Below are positions 51,361 through 64,000 of a stretch of 64,000 nt of DNA, piece by piece. The translations under genes and the position numbers were made by a program. Position 1 is the first letter of the stretch. The number at the start of each line of letters is the position of its first letter. The notes below the pieces were generated by a model. It saw nothing but the letters and a program-made list of their open reading frames with translations. It ran no database searches and was not told the origin of the DNA. Source of the DNA: Eledone cirrhosa (taxonomy: Eukaryota); the NCBI GenBank assembly GCA_964016885.1, contig OZ024742.1, positions 252,340,001 through 252,404,000 on the forward strand, in the 5' to 3' direction.

Positions 51361-52272
51361 TCCAATAACTTTAATAAAAGACCTAGATACAAAAACATAA
51401 TCTGGTATAATGCTCCTTTCTCCATCTCTATTAATAATAATATTCCTAAATTATTCTTTAGTGCCTTAAATAAATGCTTCCATCCCTCACATATCTATAG
51501 TAAAATATTTAACAAACACACTATAAAATTTTCCTATTCGACTTCCTCCAACATCTCCAACATTATCTCTAAACACAATAATAAACTACTAAATACTAAA
51601 TCTCTTCCTTCCAACACTGAATATCATAATAATAGTAATAATACTCCCGACGTCATTGTAAACTCTAGGCTAATTTCTGCAAACCCAAATACAACGTCAA
51701 ACGCAACTTCGTTAAATGTTCTTAATCCCATTCTAAATCAAGAAACTATTATTCCTATCGTAAATAACTTCTCCAATCCAATTCCTTCTATAGATAACAC
51801 TAGGTCACTTGTTAATAACTCTGCTAATCTCTCTAATCGCAATTGCAATTGCCCTGTTAAAAATAAATGTCCTCTCAACAACCATTGTCTTGAAAAAAAC
51901 TTAATCTACGAATGTAAAGTTATAACTGACACCAATTCCTTCACCTATTTTGGCTCCACTTCCACCTCCTTTAAAGCTCGTCTTTATAATCATCATTCGT
52001 CTTTTAAATACCAACTTAAAAGAACCAACACGGCACTCTCAGAACTCATATGGTCCTTGAAAGACAAAAATATTAACTATAACATCTCTTGGAAAAAGTT
52101 TTCTTCTGCTTCTCTATACTTGAACAGTTCTCTATCCAAGACATGCAATCTCTGTTTAAGTGAAAAATTTACCATTATATCTAATTTAGATTCTATAATA
52201 AATAGACGCACTGACTTGTTTTCTCTCTGCTTGCATAAATTCCACAGAAGATTCCATAAAGTATACAGCTAA
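51361..52272 (+). CDS. PLE GIY-YIG endonuclease region, open frame without start codon
   Basis: Manual translation with no stop: KNIIWYNAPFS..IFNKHTIKFSYS..CNCPVKNKCPLNNHC..LIYEC..YFGST..FKARLYNH..CNLCLSEK..INRR..CLH. Confidence 0.87.
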   Translation, partial: SNNFNKRPRYKNIIWYNAPFSISINNNIPKLFFSALNKCFHPSHIYSKIFNKHTIKFSYSTSSNISNIISKHNNKLLNTKSLPSNTEYHNNSNNTPDVIVNSRLISANPNTTSNATSLNVLNPILNQETIIPIVNNFSNPIPSIDNTRSLVNNSANLSNRNCNCPVKNKCPLNNHCLEKNLIYECKVITDTNSFTYFGSTSTSFKARLYNHHSSFKYQLKRTNTALSELIWSLKDKNINYNISWKKFSSASLYLNSSLSKTCNLCLSEKFTIISNLDSIINRRTDLFSLCLHKFHRRFHKVYS

Positions 52273-53240
52273 TATCTAATACTTTATCAATTCAAAATCC
52301 TTTTCTCAAAGGCACATATATATATATACATATATATCTCTTTAAAAATATACCCATCTTTCTACCTTATTTCAAAGTTATTTATTATACATTATATAAT
52401 ACTAGTTACTCATTCTATATCACTCCTATTTATCACTTCCCTTTCTTTCTTTTTCCCTTTTCTTTTCTTTTTCTTTTTCTTTTAATTTCTAACCCCTAAT
52501 CTATACCTTTTCTTCCTAGTTACTTCTCAATTATCATTGTGCCTAACGTAGAAACAATTATTACACAGCACAATATATTCTTACTTTATATCACCTTGAA
52601 AATCTCCTTCGTAAACATAAACATTTTTTTGACGTTAGAATATTCATCCTCAATTCATTATTTTTTCTCCCTTTCATGCTCATCTAACTTATTCATCCAA
52701 TCTTCTACTTCTTTCACAATATATCCTTACTTACATTACTATTGCTATATTTTGTTATATATTTTTTTTAATAATACATATCAACAATTTCTTTCCATCG
52801 CACATATTATTAAACCCTTAAATATTATTCTTAATACATATTAACAATTTCTTTTCATCGCACATATTATTAAACCCTTCAATATACAAACCTTAACTTA
52901 ACATTATTTTTCTCTTCGTTAATTTTCAAATTCTTTTAATTTATATACTATCTTCCAACGGTTTTTCAACCTCTCTATGTAAAACAATATATTTTTCCTC
53001 AGTTATAAAAGCTATCTCTCTCTCTCTATCACCCATCTCTCCTCCTATCGCATCCTTCCTCATTATACTCCTCCCCCTCCACTTTTTACTCTCATCTCCT
53101 CCTCTTTTTCATCCTTTCCAACCTCCCCCCACTCAAATTTTTTTTCCCAATATCACACATCAATCTAAAACTACTTTTCATATGTTGATTTAAAACTGTA
53201 CTATTCACAAGTGTGTTTTAACCTTCATATCATGTCTCCC

Positions 53241-53311
53241 TATTTTATCTGACGAAAACGCAAATGTTATTGCATGATGATATTTGTTTTTGAAATGCGC
53301 ATAATAAAATA
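53241..53311 (+). ncRNA. Type I hammerhead (P2) with palindromic stem III ATGCGCAT
   Basis: TATTTTAT CTGACGA AAACGCAAATG..TATTTGTTTTT GAAA TGCGCA TA ATAAAATA; perfect 8-bp stem I. Confidence 0.82.
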
Positions 53312-53454
53312 CATGGAACTCTTTTAACCATCTTTTGATCTTATATATTATTTATACTCCAGTCCTACAAACTGTAGAGTGCTTCTTATCCGACATCTGC
53401 ATTGCTTTATTGTACTACAATAAAACTCACCTCCTACATTATATATATATATAT

Positions 53455-53514
<60 letters not shown>

Positions 53515-53755
53515 ATGTGTGTATATATATGTATATATATATATATATGTATATATATATGTATATGTATGTGTATATTTATGTATATATATATAGGTAT
53601 ATAGGAACAAGTATGACCCCGAGGACAGAGCTCAAGCCGTTTCGACGGCTATTTCTGTCGGGGTCATACTTGTTCCTATTACCCACTCTACTACCATAAG
53701 TATTGAGTACTTTGGTGCGTTATGGTCCATCTGGTTCCTTACCACAATTCCTTCG

Positions 53756-53853
<98 letters not shown>

Positions 53854-53935
53854 ATATGTATATATGTGTGTATATATATATGCGTATGTGTGTGTTTATA
53901 TATATATACATCTATATATATATATGTATATATAG

Positions 53936-54003
<68 letters not shown>

Positions 54004-54016
54004 ATGTATTTGTATG

Positions 54017-54065
<49 letters not shown>

Positions 54066-54119
54066 ACATGTATGTCTGTGTGTGTGTGTATGTGGACCCC
54101 ACAACAAACCGTGGACATC

Positions 54120-54164
<45 letters not shown>

Positions 54165-54362
54165 CACGATAAATTAACGGAGGCATAGGCCGTCGTTATT
54201 CCCTGTAAATAATGTGCTCAAAGGGGAAGAGATCCTGAGCCCTTTAGAATATAATAATACATATATACACACACATATATATATATATATGTATGTATAA
54301 TATATATATGTATATATATATATGTATATGTGTATATATATATATATGTGTGTATATATATA

Positions 54363-54407
<45 letters not shown>

Positions 54408-54807
54408 GTACATATGTATGTGTGTGTGTATGTATATATATATATATTATATATATGTATATATATATATATTTATATATATGTATGTATATATATATAT
54501 ATATATTTGTGTATGTGTTTATGTATTTCTGTAGATGTGTTTGTATATGTTTACATATGTGTATATTTATATGTATGTATATACATACATATATATATAT
54601 ATATATATATTCATTAGTTAAGCAAAACAAGACCACAAATTTCACAAGTAATACATTATTAACAGTTTGTCAACATATTTTAGTTTGATGTAAGGAATGT
54701 AGAGAATAATAATAATAATATTAATAATAATAATGTCCGTTTACAATTGTTTCGCTACTCCATATAATATTTCTGGATCAGATGATTATAGATCATTATT
54801 GATAGAC

Positions 54808-54996
54808 GGTGGATTGGCAGTATTGGTAGAGGGTCGGACGCCATGCTTTGACGTATAGAGTTACGGCCCTTGCCTTTCTGAGTTCAAATCCCGCCAAGGT
54901 TAACTTTGCCTTTCATCCCTACGGGGTCGATAAAATAAAGTACCAGTAATGCACTGGGTAATTTGCTGGCCTTGTGCCTAACGTAGAAACAATTAT
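54808..54996 (+). mobile_element. SINE family S1 inside the P3 hammerhead stem II loop
   Basis: TSD-like ATTATTGAT on both sides. Confidence 0.87.
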
Positions 54997-55402
54997 TGAT
55001 CTGGTTCAGTTGAAAATAATTAACATAGGTAAAAATAGAGCAGCTCATCGGAACTTCAAAATGAATATAAATTAAAATAAGGAAGAATGTTACATAAATG
55101 TAATGTTCCATATATTAGTATTTCACTATGGTGTCCTGGGTATATCAATTGTCTGCCATAGTTGAGCAGTATTCTTCTGTCGAGGTTGCATTGTGTGAGA
55201 CCTGCCTATGGGTAACAAGATGGCCGCCAATGGACATATTTACCTTACTAATTAGAGGTGTGTTTCAGAGGAAGTAACTCCTCGAGAGATTAGAAATTGT
55301 GGTAGTTTATAGTCAAGCACTAATTTTTTTATTTTTTTAATTCAGAGACAATGTAAGGGAGGTAAATTATAATTATCTATGTTAGTTATAACTATTAACT
55401 TA

Positions 55403-57523
55403 TTATCTACAAGTAAAAATAGGGCTAGTTGGGTCAAATATTCTGTTGGCGAATGAATCAGCCCTTCGATGTTGACAGCTAATTGTTACCTCCGTTCTAT
55501 CGTTAATCGGTAGAGGTCGTGATAGGGTTATGTAATATGCTTCGGTAAGACAGAGGTCACAAGATTTTCTTTGTCCATTGAACGGTTGGGCCCTAGCCAA
55601 GATATCCCATGTTAGTGGGTATTGAATGTTGGTTAATTTAAGGTTTTTAATGAGCCTAGCTAGAGATGTCGAACATCTGTTGTTAGGGTCTCGGAAGGAA
55701 AAAGAGTGCGCGTTATAGCGTACCTTAAAAGGGTTAGAGGTAGAGCCGATATAGGAGCTGGTATGCGAAGCAGTTTTAAGCGTGCAGCTATAAACTATAT
55801 TGGGTGTCAGGCAATGTCCATTTAGTGGTCATGCCTTAGGGTAACGGCACTTGCAGTTACTTCTGCGGTTAGTGAGAGTAGGGTTGTTTAACCTAAGCGG
55901 TTGGTCAGTGCTAGAACGATTAGATGGGGAGGTGTGCTACTAGAGTAAGTATTGGTGTAGTGGCGTGGTGTATTTGATGGGGGTGGTGGTACCGTGGTGT
56001 GGGAGTTATACTGTCTTAATTTATGATGGTTACTGAATGCGATGTGGCTAGCTCGGTTAGGTGTTGTGGAGAATGAGATTTTAATGTTATTTTTATTAAA
56101 GCGTTTGTAATATCTATGGTTGGGGGGGGGGATGTTTAGATAGGATGGAGAAGAAGCGTTTAGGGTTATTAGTGGCTAGATTAGATGAGAATGGGGGTTA
56201 AGCCAGGTGATATTTCTAGGCCTATTTCTTCTAGGGGTTCTGGTGGAGTTGGTAGGGGCCTTCATAGGGTTATTATTACCTGGGCATTTGTTATTAGTCA
56301 TCCCATTGCTCATTCCTATTCTCCGGTTGATTTTTAGTTTGCTACTTGGAGTGGGAAGTAGGCTTCTGCCACCATTAAGGTTCCCTGTATAAGTGCTGTT
56401 ACTGCTAAAATTCCGGCGAATCTGGCTATATGCTAAGGTATTTCTAGTTCTAGTGTTAAGTTTATTATGGTTGTGGTGAATTGCTGTGTTATGGCATTTA
56501 GGTATGTAGTAAATGGACTGTTCATAACCAGATTCAGAAAGAGCCTTATTATAATATGCCGCATGGTTTATAAATATCTCCTCATTTGCTGATAGCATGA
56601 GATCCTATACGAGATATATTTGATTACTGCTCTGATGACTTCCGGTGGGTGGTTAGAGTGTGGGCTAATATATGTAAGTATTTCACCTGGTTTATGATAC
56701 GGGTAATATAGGTTATTGTTAAGATCGAGGGTAACGTCTAGGAAATTTACTAGTTTATGGTTCGGCTCGATGGTGATAGAGAGACCGTTATTTTAAAAGA
56801 ATCTATGTAATTGTTTTTTGAGCAAGTCAATGCCTCAATTTGTGCAATTGTGGACTGCAAATAGGGCGTCGTCCCTATATATTCCGCCTTTCAAGAATTG
56901 GATTTCGGCTCTGATGTAATGTAATAGGTAAATGCCAACTAAATCGGTGATTTGCGCAGAATCACTTGAGCCCATCATGATGTTAAAGTTGTCTGTTCTG
57001 TCTTTTCTAGTCCAGAGTGCTCCGTTGAATTCAATGATGGTCTGCCTCGCCATAAGTATGATGTCAATCTCATTATTGGTTATGTCAGAGTTGGTGCTGG
57101 CTAGGGTTGATGCTTTGTTGAGCAGTTCCGGGGTTATTGAAGCGTAATAGCTGTCAATGTCAAATTGGATGAACCTCATAGATTCCTTGGACCTTAGATC
57201 GGAGAACCATCTAATGACTTGGCAGGTGTTGGACCACAGCTTGTAGGTGATATCATCTCGTAGCCCAGGGATGATCCTATCAAGGATGTTCTTACTGATC
57301 CGACCCAAGTCGGATGTGGTTGGGCTTATAAGTCTAATAGATGGGTTCTCTATAAAGTTTGGCTTGTGATCCTTGAGAGAAAACCTTGGGGTTGTAGGTA
57401 CATAAGGGTGGGTAAATCTATCCAGATGCAAGTCCTTAACCAAAGCCTGGGCTTTTCGGTTAAGTAAGTTTACACTGGAGGGTATAGTTTTTTTATAGTT
57501 TTTATTAAGTTCCTTAAGAAGGA
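55403..57523 (-). pseudogene. PLE RT-GIY-YIG polyprotein, frameshifted
   Basis: LKDHKPNF..PSIRLISP, FIQFDIDSYY, MGS.DSA, GIYRDD, ITWLNP, YIGST, CDLCLTE..SCQH. Confidence 0.88.
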
Positions 57524-57544
57524 TTAATTTATATTCCTTTTGAA

Positions 57545-57663
57545 GTTCCGATGAGCTGCTCTATTTTTACCTATGCTAATTATTTTCAACTGAACCAGAT
57601 TAATAATGATCTATAATCATTTGATCCAGAAATATTATATGGAGTAGCGAAACAATTGTAAAC
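57545..57663 (+). ncRNA. Variant hammerhead (CCGAUGA core, very long stem II) of P3
   Basis: GTT CCGATGA GCTGCTCTAT..ATGGAGTAGC GAAA CAATTG TA AAC. Confidence 0.6.
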
Positions 57664-57670
57664 GGACATT

Positions 57671-57860
57671 GGTGGATTGGCAGTATCGGTAGAGAGTCGG
57701 ACACAATGCTTTGAAGCATAGAGTTACGTCCCTTTATGATCTGAGTTCAAATCCCGCCGAGGTTAACTTTGCCTTTCATCCTTATGGGGTCGATAAAATA
57801 ATGTACCAGTAATGTACTGGGGAATTTGCTGGCCTTGTGCCTAAAATAGAAACAATTATT
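57671..57860 (+). mobile_element. SINE family S1
   Basis: Full consensus, inserted in the (ATT)n run of the P3 pLTR. Confidence 0.87.
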
Positions 57861-58143
57861 TTTAATATTATTATTATTATTCTCTACATTCCTTACATCA
57901 AACTAAAATATGTTGACAATCTGTTAATAATGTCTTACTTGTGAAATTTGTGGTCTTGTTTTGCTTAACTAATGAATATTTCCAGCTCTGTGCACCTAAC
58001 CTCTGCATGAACCCAGCCACCTAGCTGCTTTCCACTGCATATTGCACATTGAGCACATGCCTTTACGCTTTGGCTTCTAATTCATCAACCTCTCCTCTCC
58101 TATCTCCATCTCTCTCTTTAAGATTGGTTACTCTTGAACTTTG

Positions 58144-58205
<62 letters not shown>

Positions 58206-58264
58206 CGTGTAGTGTATATATATGTATATGTGTGTATATATGTATATATATATGTGTGTGTGTG

Positions 58265-58295
<31 letters not shown>

Positions 58296-58773
58296 TCCCT
58301 CGTTCTCTCTGTTTCTCTTACTTTCTTTCGTCCCCTCTGTCATGTCAGTTAACACTTTCTCTCTACTGACCTCTTCCTCGCACTTCTACTCACTCACTCT
58401 CTGTTTCTCCCCTTCTCACCTCCTCCCGTTCGCTACGAAAACGATTTTCCTTCTTTCTAACATCGGATTCACTAGCGGAAGGTCTGTTTCTAACTCGCTC
58501 ATATATTCACACAGCTTATGCTGATAGAATAACCATGTTGCTTGTGTTTCTTTCCATCTTCGGTTAGCTTTCCCCTGTGTTGTTTACTTGTCTCACTCGC
58601 TTTACGCGTTTCAATTGTCCTAATAACTTATTTTAGTTATTATCGCTCCAACGTGAGGTATCTGATTTTTAATGCGATGAAATACCAATGATCGTTGGCA
58701 AATCACTGATGAGGGACTCATTTTATAACATGTAAATCCATGTGCAACCATGCAGTATTCTTCTCCCCATATT

Positions 58774-58815
<42 letters not shown>

Positions 58816-58816
58816 A

Positions 58817-58865
<49 letters not shown>

Positions 58866-58869
58866 AATT

Positions 58870-59661
58870 GTGTTGACACCTGGAATATAGCTTAAGAGAA
58901 ATATGACAATAATGATATGATAGGCACCAAATATTTTGAACTGGTTTATAGAATTCTCTTGGCCTTTGTCACTCTAAGGATCGATCGACTTTCGTCAAAT
59001 CGGACCGAGGAAACAATGTTTTCGTCGGTCTTTCCAGTTGCTAATACTATCTATCGGTCGCAACTCCAGGTAGAAGGAGCAACGTGAAATAAAGTGTCTT
59101 GCTCAAGGACATAACATATCGCCCGGTCCAGGAATCGAACTCACAATCTCAAGATTGTGAATCCAATTCTCTAACCACTCAGCCACGTGCCTTCACTCTA
59201 AATAGAGCTTTAAAGAATTAGCTTTTAAAGAATTTCCCTTTTCTTTAAATCCATCAACTATGACCGACCCCCAACCATCTTATAGACACCTGAAATATAG
59301 GCATTGTTAGCTTAAGAGAAACTTAAAAATAAGGAGTGGCACCCCGTTCTAACTTGTTTATAGAATTCTTTCTGCCTTTGTCACTCTAAAAATAAATTAT
59401 AGCCTTAAAGAATTAGCTTTTAATGAATTCCCTTTTCTTTCAACCAATGACCCCCACCCATCCCACTCCCCACCCTCTCCTACCACATGAAAAGATATAA
59501 ATACCACAACATTTATTTTTGGAAAGCCAGATTCCTGATGATTTCTAAAGAATGAAATAGTTCTAGTCCTGTAGAATCTCATCTATATTAAAACTTTTAT
59601 ACTCTGCTATGTACTGAGTACCTTACTTACTGTGGTTACCTCCAATTCAACCTGGAATAAC

Positions 59662-59662
<1 letters not shown>
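58870..59662 (+). mobile_element. P4 pLTR, right arm, with hammerhead at 59529-59579
   Basis: Inverted repeat of 38704-39207 plus 65-bp terminus shared with 7562-7630. Confidence 0.8.
58978..59193 (-). mobile_element. CORE-like SINE (same subfamily as 2368-2620)
   Basis: TSD CACTCTAA; absent from the left P4 arm. Confidence 0.78.
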
Positions 59663-59721
<59 letters not shown>

Positions 59722-60285
59722 TTTCACATACACACGAACTGCCATGAGCTGCTGGCCAAATAAACTTTGATATCAATAGGTTAAAGACATATGTAAAATC
59801 AATTAGTGGTCAGTTCTTCAGTCTAAAGTCCCTAGGGAATGGGTCAAATATGTTTGTACAAGTTGAAACACGTATGTATACATACATATAAATCTATATA
59901 TACACATGTACATGTACACACACACTCTCAGATTTATATATTGAGTGAGTGTGAAAGACTAAAGGTCATTTTTGGAAGCCTCTGGATGTGTAAGGGAGTA
60001 TACTATACAGGGTCTAAAATGGAGTGTTACATATATATAGAGAGAGGTACTTACATTTATATGAAGTAACATCTGACTGATAAAATGACAAGTCAGTCAA
60101 TCATATTGGTGGCCTCCCCACAGCCCCGCTGGACAGAATGGAGAAGGCGTTTCCCCAGAGGACGGCAAGGGAGACACGCTAGAAAAGCCATTCTAGCTCG
60201 CGAGGCTCACACCTGTGGCTGGCCAGCTCAGTGCCTATGGTGGTGAGTAGGGTGGTAGCCTGAGGGCACCAGAAGTCTCCACTGC

Positions 60286-60890
60286 CATCATCATCATCAT
60301 CATCACTGTTTTACGTCCGTTCTTCCACGCTAGCATGGGTTAGACGGGTTGTCCTGTTGTGGGCAGTGTCTGGTCGGCTGACCATGCCTTGCTCATACAG
60401 GAACTGATTTGGCTTGATTTCTACAGCTGGATGCCCTTCCTAACACCAACCTCATTTACAGTGAGTGCTGGGTGCTTTTTCGTGGCGCCTACACGTCCAC
60501 TTTACAGTGTGGGCTGGGTGCTTTTTTGCCGTGGCACCTCCACGACCACCTTGCGGTGGGGGGTGTGGGGGCATATTGTCTATATGCTTCAGCTTGTACC
60601 CATGGGAGGTCGGGTACTCTGTATTACTGCGTGACGCCAGAGGTCACGGTCGTGTGTCATTGCCTTTGAGAGGTGTAATTGGGTAAGGTCGGCTTTTATC
60701 ACCTCATCCCAGGTCATCTTGGGTCTCCCCACTCCGCGGTTTCCATCAACTTCTAGTGCTCTGCACGTTTTTATGCAGCTGTCATCCTTCATACGCATCA
60801 CATGTCCATACCAGCGCAACCGCCTCTCCTGCACACAGCATTTGATTCCTCTTATGCTCAGTCTCTCTCTCAATTCATTTATGCTTTGTC
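60286..60890 (-). mobile_element. RTE family B 3' fragment
   Basis: ORF 60589-60873 (RRLRWYGHVMR..GRPKMTW), 3' UTR, (GAT)n. Confidence 0.9.
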
Positions 60891-61167
60891 ATTCACAATT
60901 ATTTAAAAATTCAATTATAACATTCTGTATTAACCTTTAGTATTACTGTATATTGCCAGTAATATGTACAGTATATATACTCTATAATTAATAAAAAATA
61001 CACATTTTTTCTGCAAAAAATTTAATTACACTGTTTGTTTTCACTTATGTATTATTTGAAAATGTTATTTATTCATTATAAAAATTAAACGATAGTATTC
61101 TATATATGGGTGGGCCCCCTTTATCTCCTGGCAACCAATATTTTTAGACCCAGTCTGCCACTGTGTA

Positions 61168-61210
<43 letters not shown>

Positions 61211-61211
61211 G

Positions 61212-61785
61212 CGGTTGATAGCTTCCGGTACCTAGATGATCAGATTAGCAAGGGAGCAGGGTGCTCCGAGGTCATAATATCTAGAATAAGGACGGGCTGG
61301 AAGAAGTTTACGGAGCTGCTTCCTTTGTTGACAAAGAAGGGTTTCTCCCTGCGAATGAAATGCCAGTTATATGATGCCTGTGTGAGATGCGCGATGCTGC
61401 TTGGTAGTGAGACATGGGCAGAAACTGTGGAGGAGATGCGATGTCTGGAGAGAAATGAAGCAAGCATGTTCCGTTGGATGTGCAATGTCAATGTGCATGA
61501 ACGACCAGGCATAGATGAGTTGAGAGAGAAACTGTATAAGAGGAATAAGTTGTAGTGTACAGGAGAGAACACTGCGATGGTATGGACATGTGATGCGCAT
61601 GGAGAATGACTGGTGGGTGAAGAAGTGCCAAGAAATCCGGAGGTGGTGAGAGCTGATCTCAGATCGCTGAAGCTCACAGAGGAGATGACAAAGGATCATG
61701 ACAAGTGGAGAGATGCTGTACTGAATAGGTCCCATCCCACCCTTGTAAGCAGGGAAAAGCGGACATAAAATGATGATGATGATAT
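61212..61785 (+). mobile_element. RTE family A 3' fragment
   Basis: Closely matches 575-1217; same tail. Confidence 0.9.
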
Positions 61786-62749
61786 ATATAAACTGGCCCA
61801 ACTCATACAAGCATGGAAAAAGGGAATATAAAATGATGGGGGGAATTGAGATGTTTAATATCTAGATTTGTTTTTCACTAGCCTTTTTTCTGATAAGATC
61901 TTATTTTTTCCTCATCATCTTTTTAACGAAATGTCAACACTTCGGATTTATTTCATTTCAACCATCCTCTTTATCATCCCCCATCACTGTTGCCATCTAT
62001 CACTCTTTCTCTCTTTCTACTATTACTCCCTCCTCTATCACAGAAGTTCTTCATTATCCAGCTTCATATAACTGACTTTCAATGTCTCTGTCAATTCCAT
62101 TTATCTCTCTTCCAACACACTCTTGCACTTATCACTCTGGTCCTTTTCTATTATTCTCCTTTTTAACTCTCCCCCCTCTCTCTCTTCTATTTCATTTTCT
62201 GTCATATTGTTTCTATTCAATTTACTTGCCAACAACTATCATGTAAATTGCCTCTTGATCATGTTGCTATTCAGTCTCATCATCAACAACCATCATTTAG
62301 CTGTCTGCTGCTCTACCTCTTTGCCCACTCTCTTTTTCTTTCTTTCATTACTCATTCTTTTATCACACTCATTCCTTTGTTTTCATCCTTTATTCTATCT
62401 TCTATCACGTCCTCATTTCTATCACCCTTGACCCCTTCCATCACTTCATCTTGTTTCCACCGAGAAACAATAAAAAGTGCATATATATTACACACATACA
62501 CCTACAAGTCTATGAATTATTTATTTTTTATAATCTCATGTTACACACACACACACATATATACACATGTATGCATGTTTATAGTGGTAACTATAAACAG
62601 TTAAGTAGATTAACAATAGAAAGGGCAACCAAATGTTAAAATACTTATTTCAGGAAAAATGAAAATGTTAATATTTTCAAAATCATTCCATTTATGATAG
62701 GAAAATAGATGTAAAAATTACACACGTACACACACTTATACATACACAC

Positions 62750-62789
<40 letters not shown>

Positions 62790-63814
62790 ATATATATAGA
62801 GATAGAAAGATAGATAGATAAATACATGCATACATACATATGTACGTACATACATACATACATACATACACAAATACATATATATGTACGTAATACATAC
62901 ATACATAAATACATGCTTACATACAACCATACATGTGTGCAATGTGTGTATTTATAAATATTTTTTTAAATACATAGCAAAAAAAAAAAAAAGAAAAGCA
63001 TTGTAAAATATAAAATCTTCCTATAACTCTTATACTATCATCAGCTTTAAATTGTGTATTTTGTGTCACTCCGCTGGACTTTAATATATAGTGGAAGTGA
63101 CTTGAGATTTCATTATTTAAGTATACCATTGATTCAATAATATTGATTTCTAACTTTGATACAAGGCCACACACTTGTGAGGAATGGGTGTAATCGATGA
63201 AATCAAACACAATAGATTACTGGTATTTCTATGTATTGACTAGCCATGGAAAGTCAGACATACTCCACAAAATATGGTCAGATATCACTCAATCTCTTCA
63301 TTGCTACCTCCACGACCCCATACTTGCTCTCCTGCCGGCAAATATGGTATATTGTTATTCATAATTTAGCATTAAAAAGCATGAAAAAATATATATTGCC
63401 ACGAAAAAAGCCATAAAAAATTGCAGAAGATATTTACGATTCCATGAATATGCAGTGTTTTCCACAAACAATAATTAGTTAGGTTCTATGGAAAATTCCG
63501 CAAATGCCAGAGCCACGAATGCCTGGGGTATACTGTATATATAAATATAATGGACATATATGTTTATGTGTGTATAGATATATAGAAACAGTTGATTTTT
63601 TTAATAACTGCCTTTATTCAGTACTCCTTGTAAATATTTCAATGTACCAACATTTTTAATGTGCTCTTTGGAGTTCCATTTTATATGATTAGCATTTCCT
63701 TGTGTCATTTCCATTGAATTTCAGTTGCTACGTTTAGACTTAAACAATTAATTTGCTTCATTTCTATGCAGGTGACATAAATTTGTTTGGTACAGATCAT
63801 AAAATGAAATTTAT

Positions 63815-63886
63815 TTAACTCTTTAGCATTTACATTACTCTATATTTACTATTATATTTTCGCGGTAAAGGCTTTATCTTACATAA
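63815..63886. mobile_element. Partial piggyBac-type MITE
   Basis: One end only: TTAACTCTTTAGCATTTACATTACTC. Confidence 0.6.
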
Positions 63887-64000
63887 ATAGGATGACCTCT
63901 TCTCTCAGCAAGCAACATGTAGTCTGACTCCTACCCCCCCATCCCCATCCTCCATGCTTTCATATTACATACCCCCAAACATCACTGCCTTCCCAGTCAG

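Larger units (their letters stand above)
50481..53440 (+). mobile_element. Penelope-like element P2, 5'-truncated with about 870-bp inverted pLTR
   Basis: 50481-51353 is the reverse complement of 52513-53350; flanked by (TA)n. Confidence 0.9.
54608..58140 (-). mobile_element. Penelope-like element P3, 5'-truncated with inverted pLTR (57524-58140)
   Basis: pLTR 54608-55075 mirrored at 57524-57978; coding remnant between them. Confidence 0.88.

Noticed and set aside
53596-53683. SECIS element
   Set aside because: The AUGA is Watson-Crick paired with UCAU; no tandem G-A quartet
49241-54688. Many long [12 protein letters not shown] ORFs (also 1668-2514, 36434-37393, 58049-58524)
   Set aside because: Translations of dinucleotide microsatellites that happen to lack stops
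58707-58730. Hammerhead at CTGATGAGGGACTC
   Set aside because: No GAAA after a closable stem II

Overview
AT-rich animal genomic DNA, inferred from the repeat families to be cephalopod (Octopus-like). It is almost entirely transposable elements and (TA/CA/TG)n microsatellites, and no host protein-coding gene can be supported. Main contents: (i) one nearly intact RTE-clade LINE (about 44.2-48.1 kb; APE endonuclease, RT and an internal PHD-type Zn finger) plus many RTE fragments; (ii) about six families of Penelope-like elements (PLEs), four with GIY-YIG coding remnants, mostly as inverted pseudo-LTR structures inside (TA)n tracts; (iii) about 16 hand-folded type I hammerhead ribozyme motifs in those PLE ends, including palindromic-stem-III forms and a CCGAUGA-core variant with a very long stem II; (iv) tRNA-derived SINE families (Meta-domain-like and CORE-like); (v) piggyBac-type TTAA MITEs, a palindromic mariner derivative, a solo LTR, a CRE-like remnant and a 16-bp minisatellite. 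The 38.4-61.2 kb interval is a nested stack of inverted repeats. All calls come from reading the sequence by eye; no searches were run.
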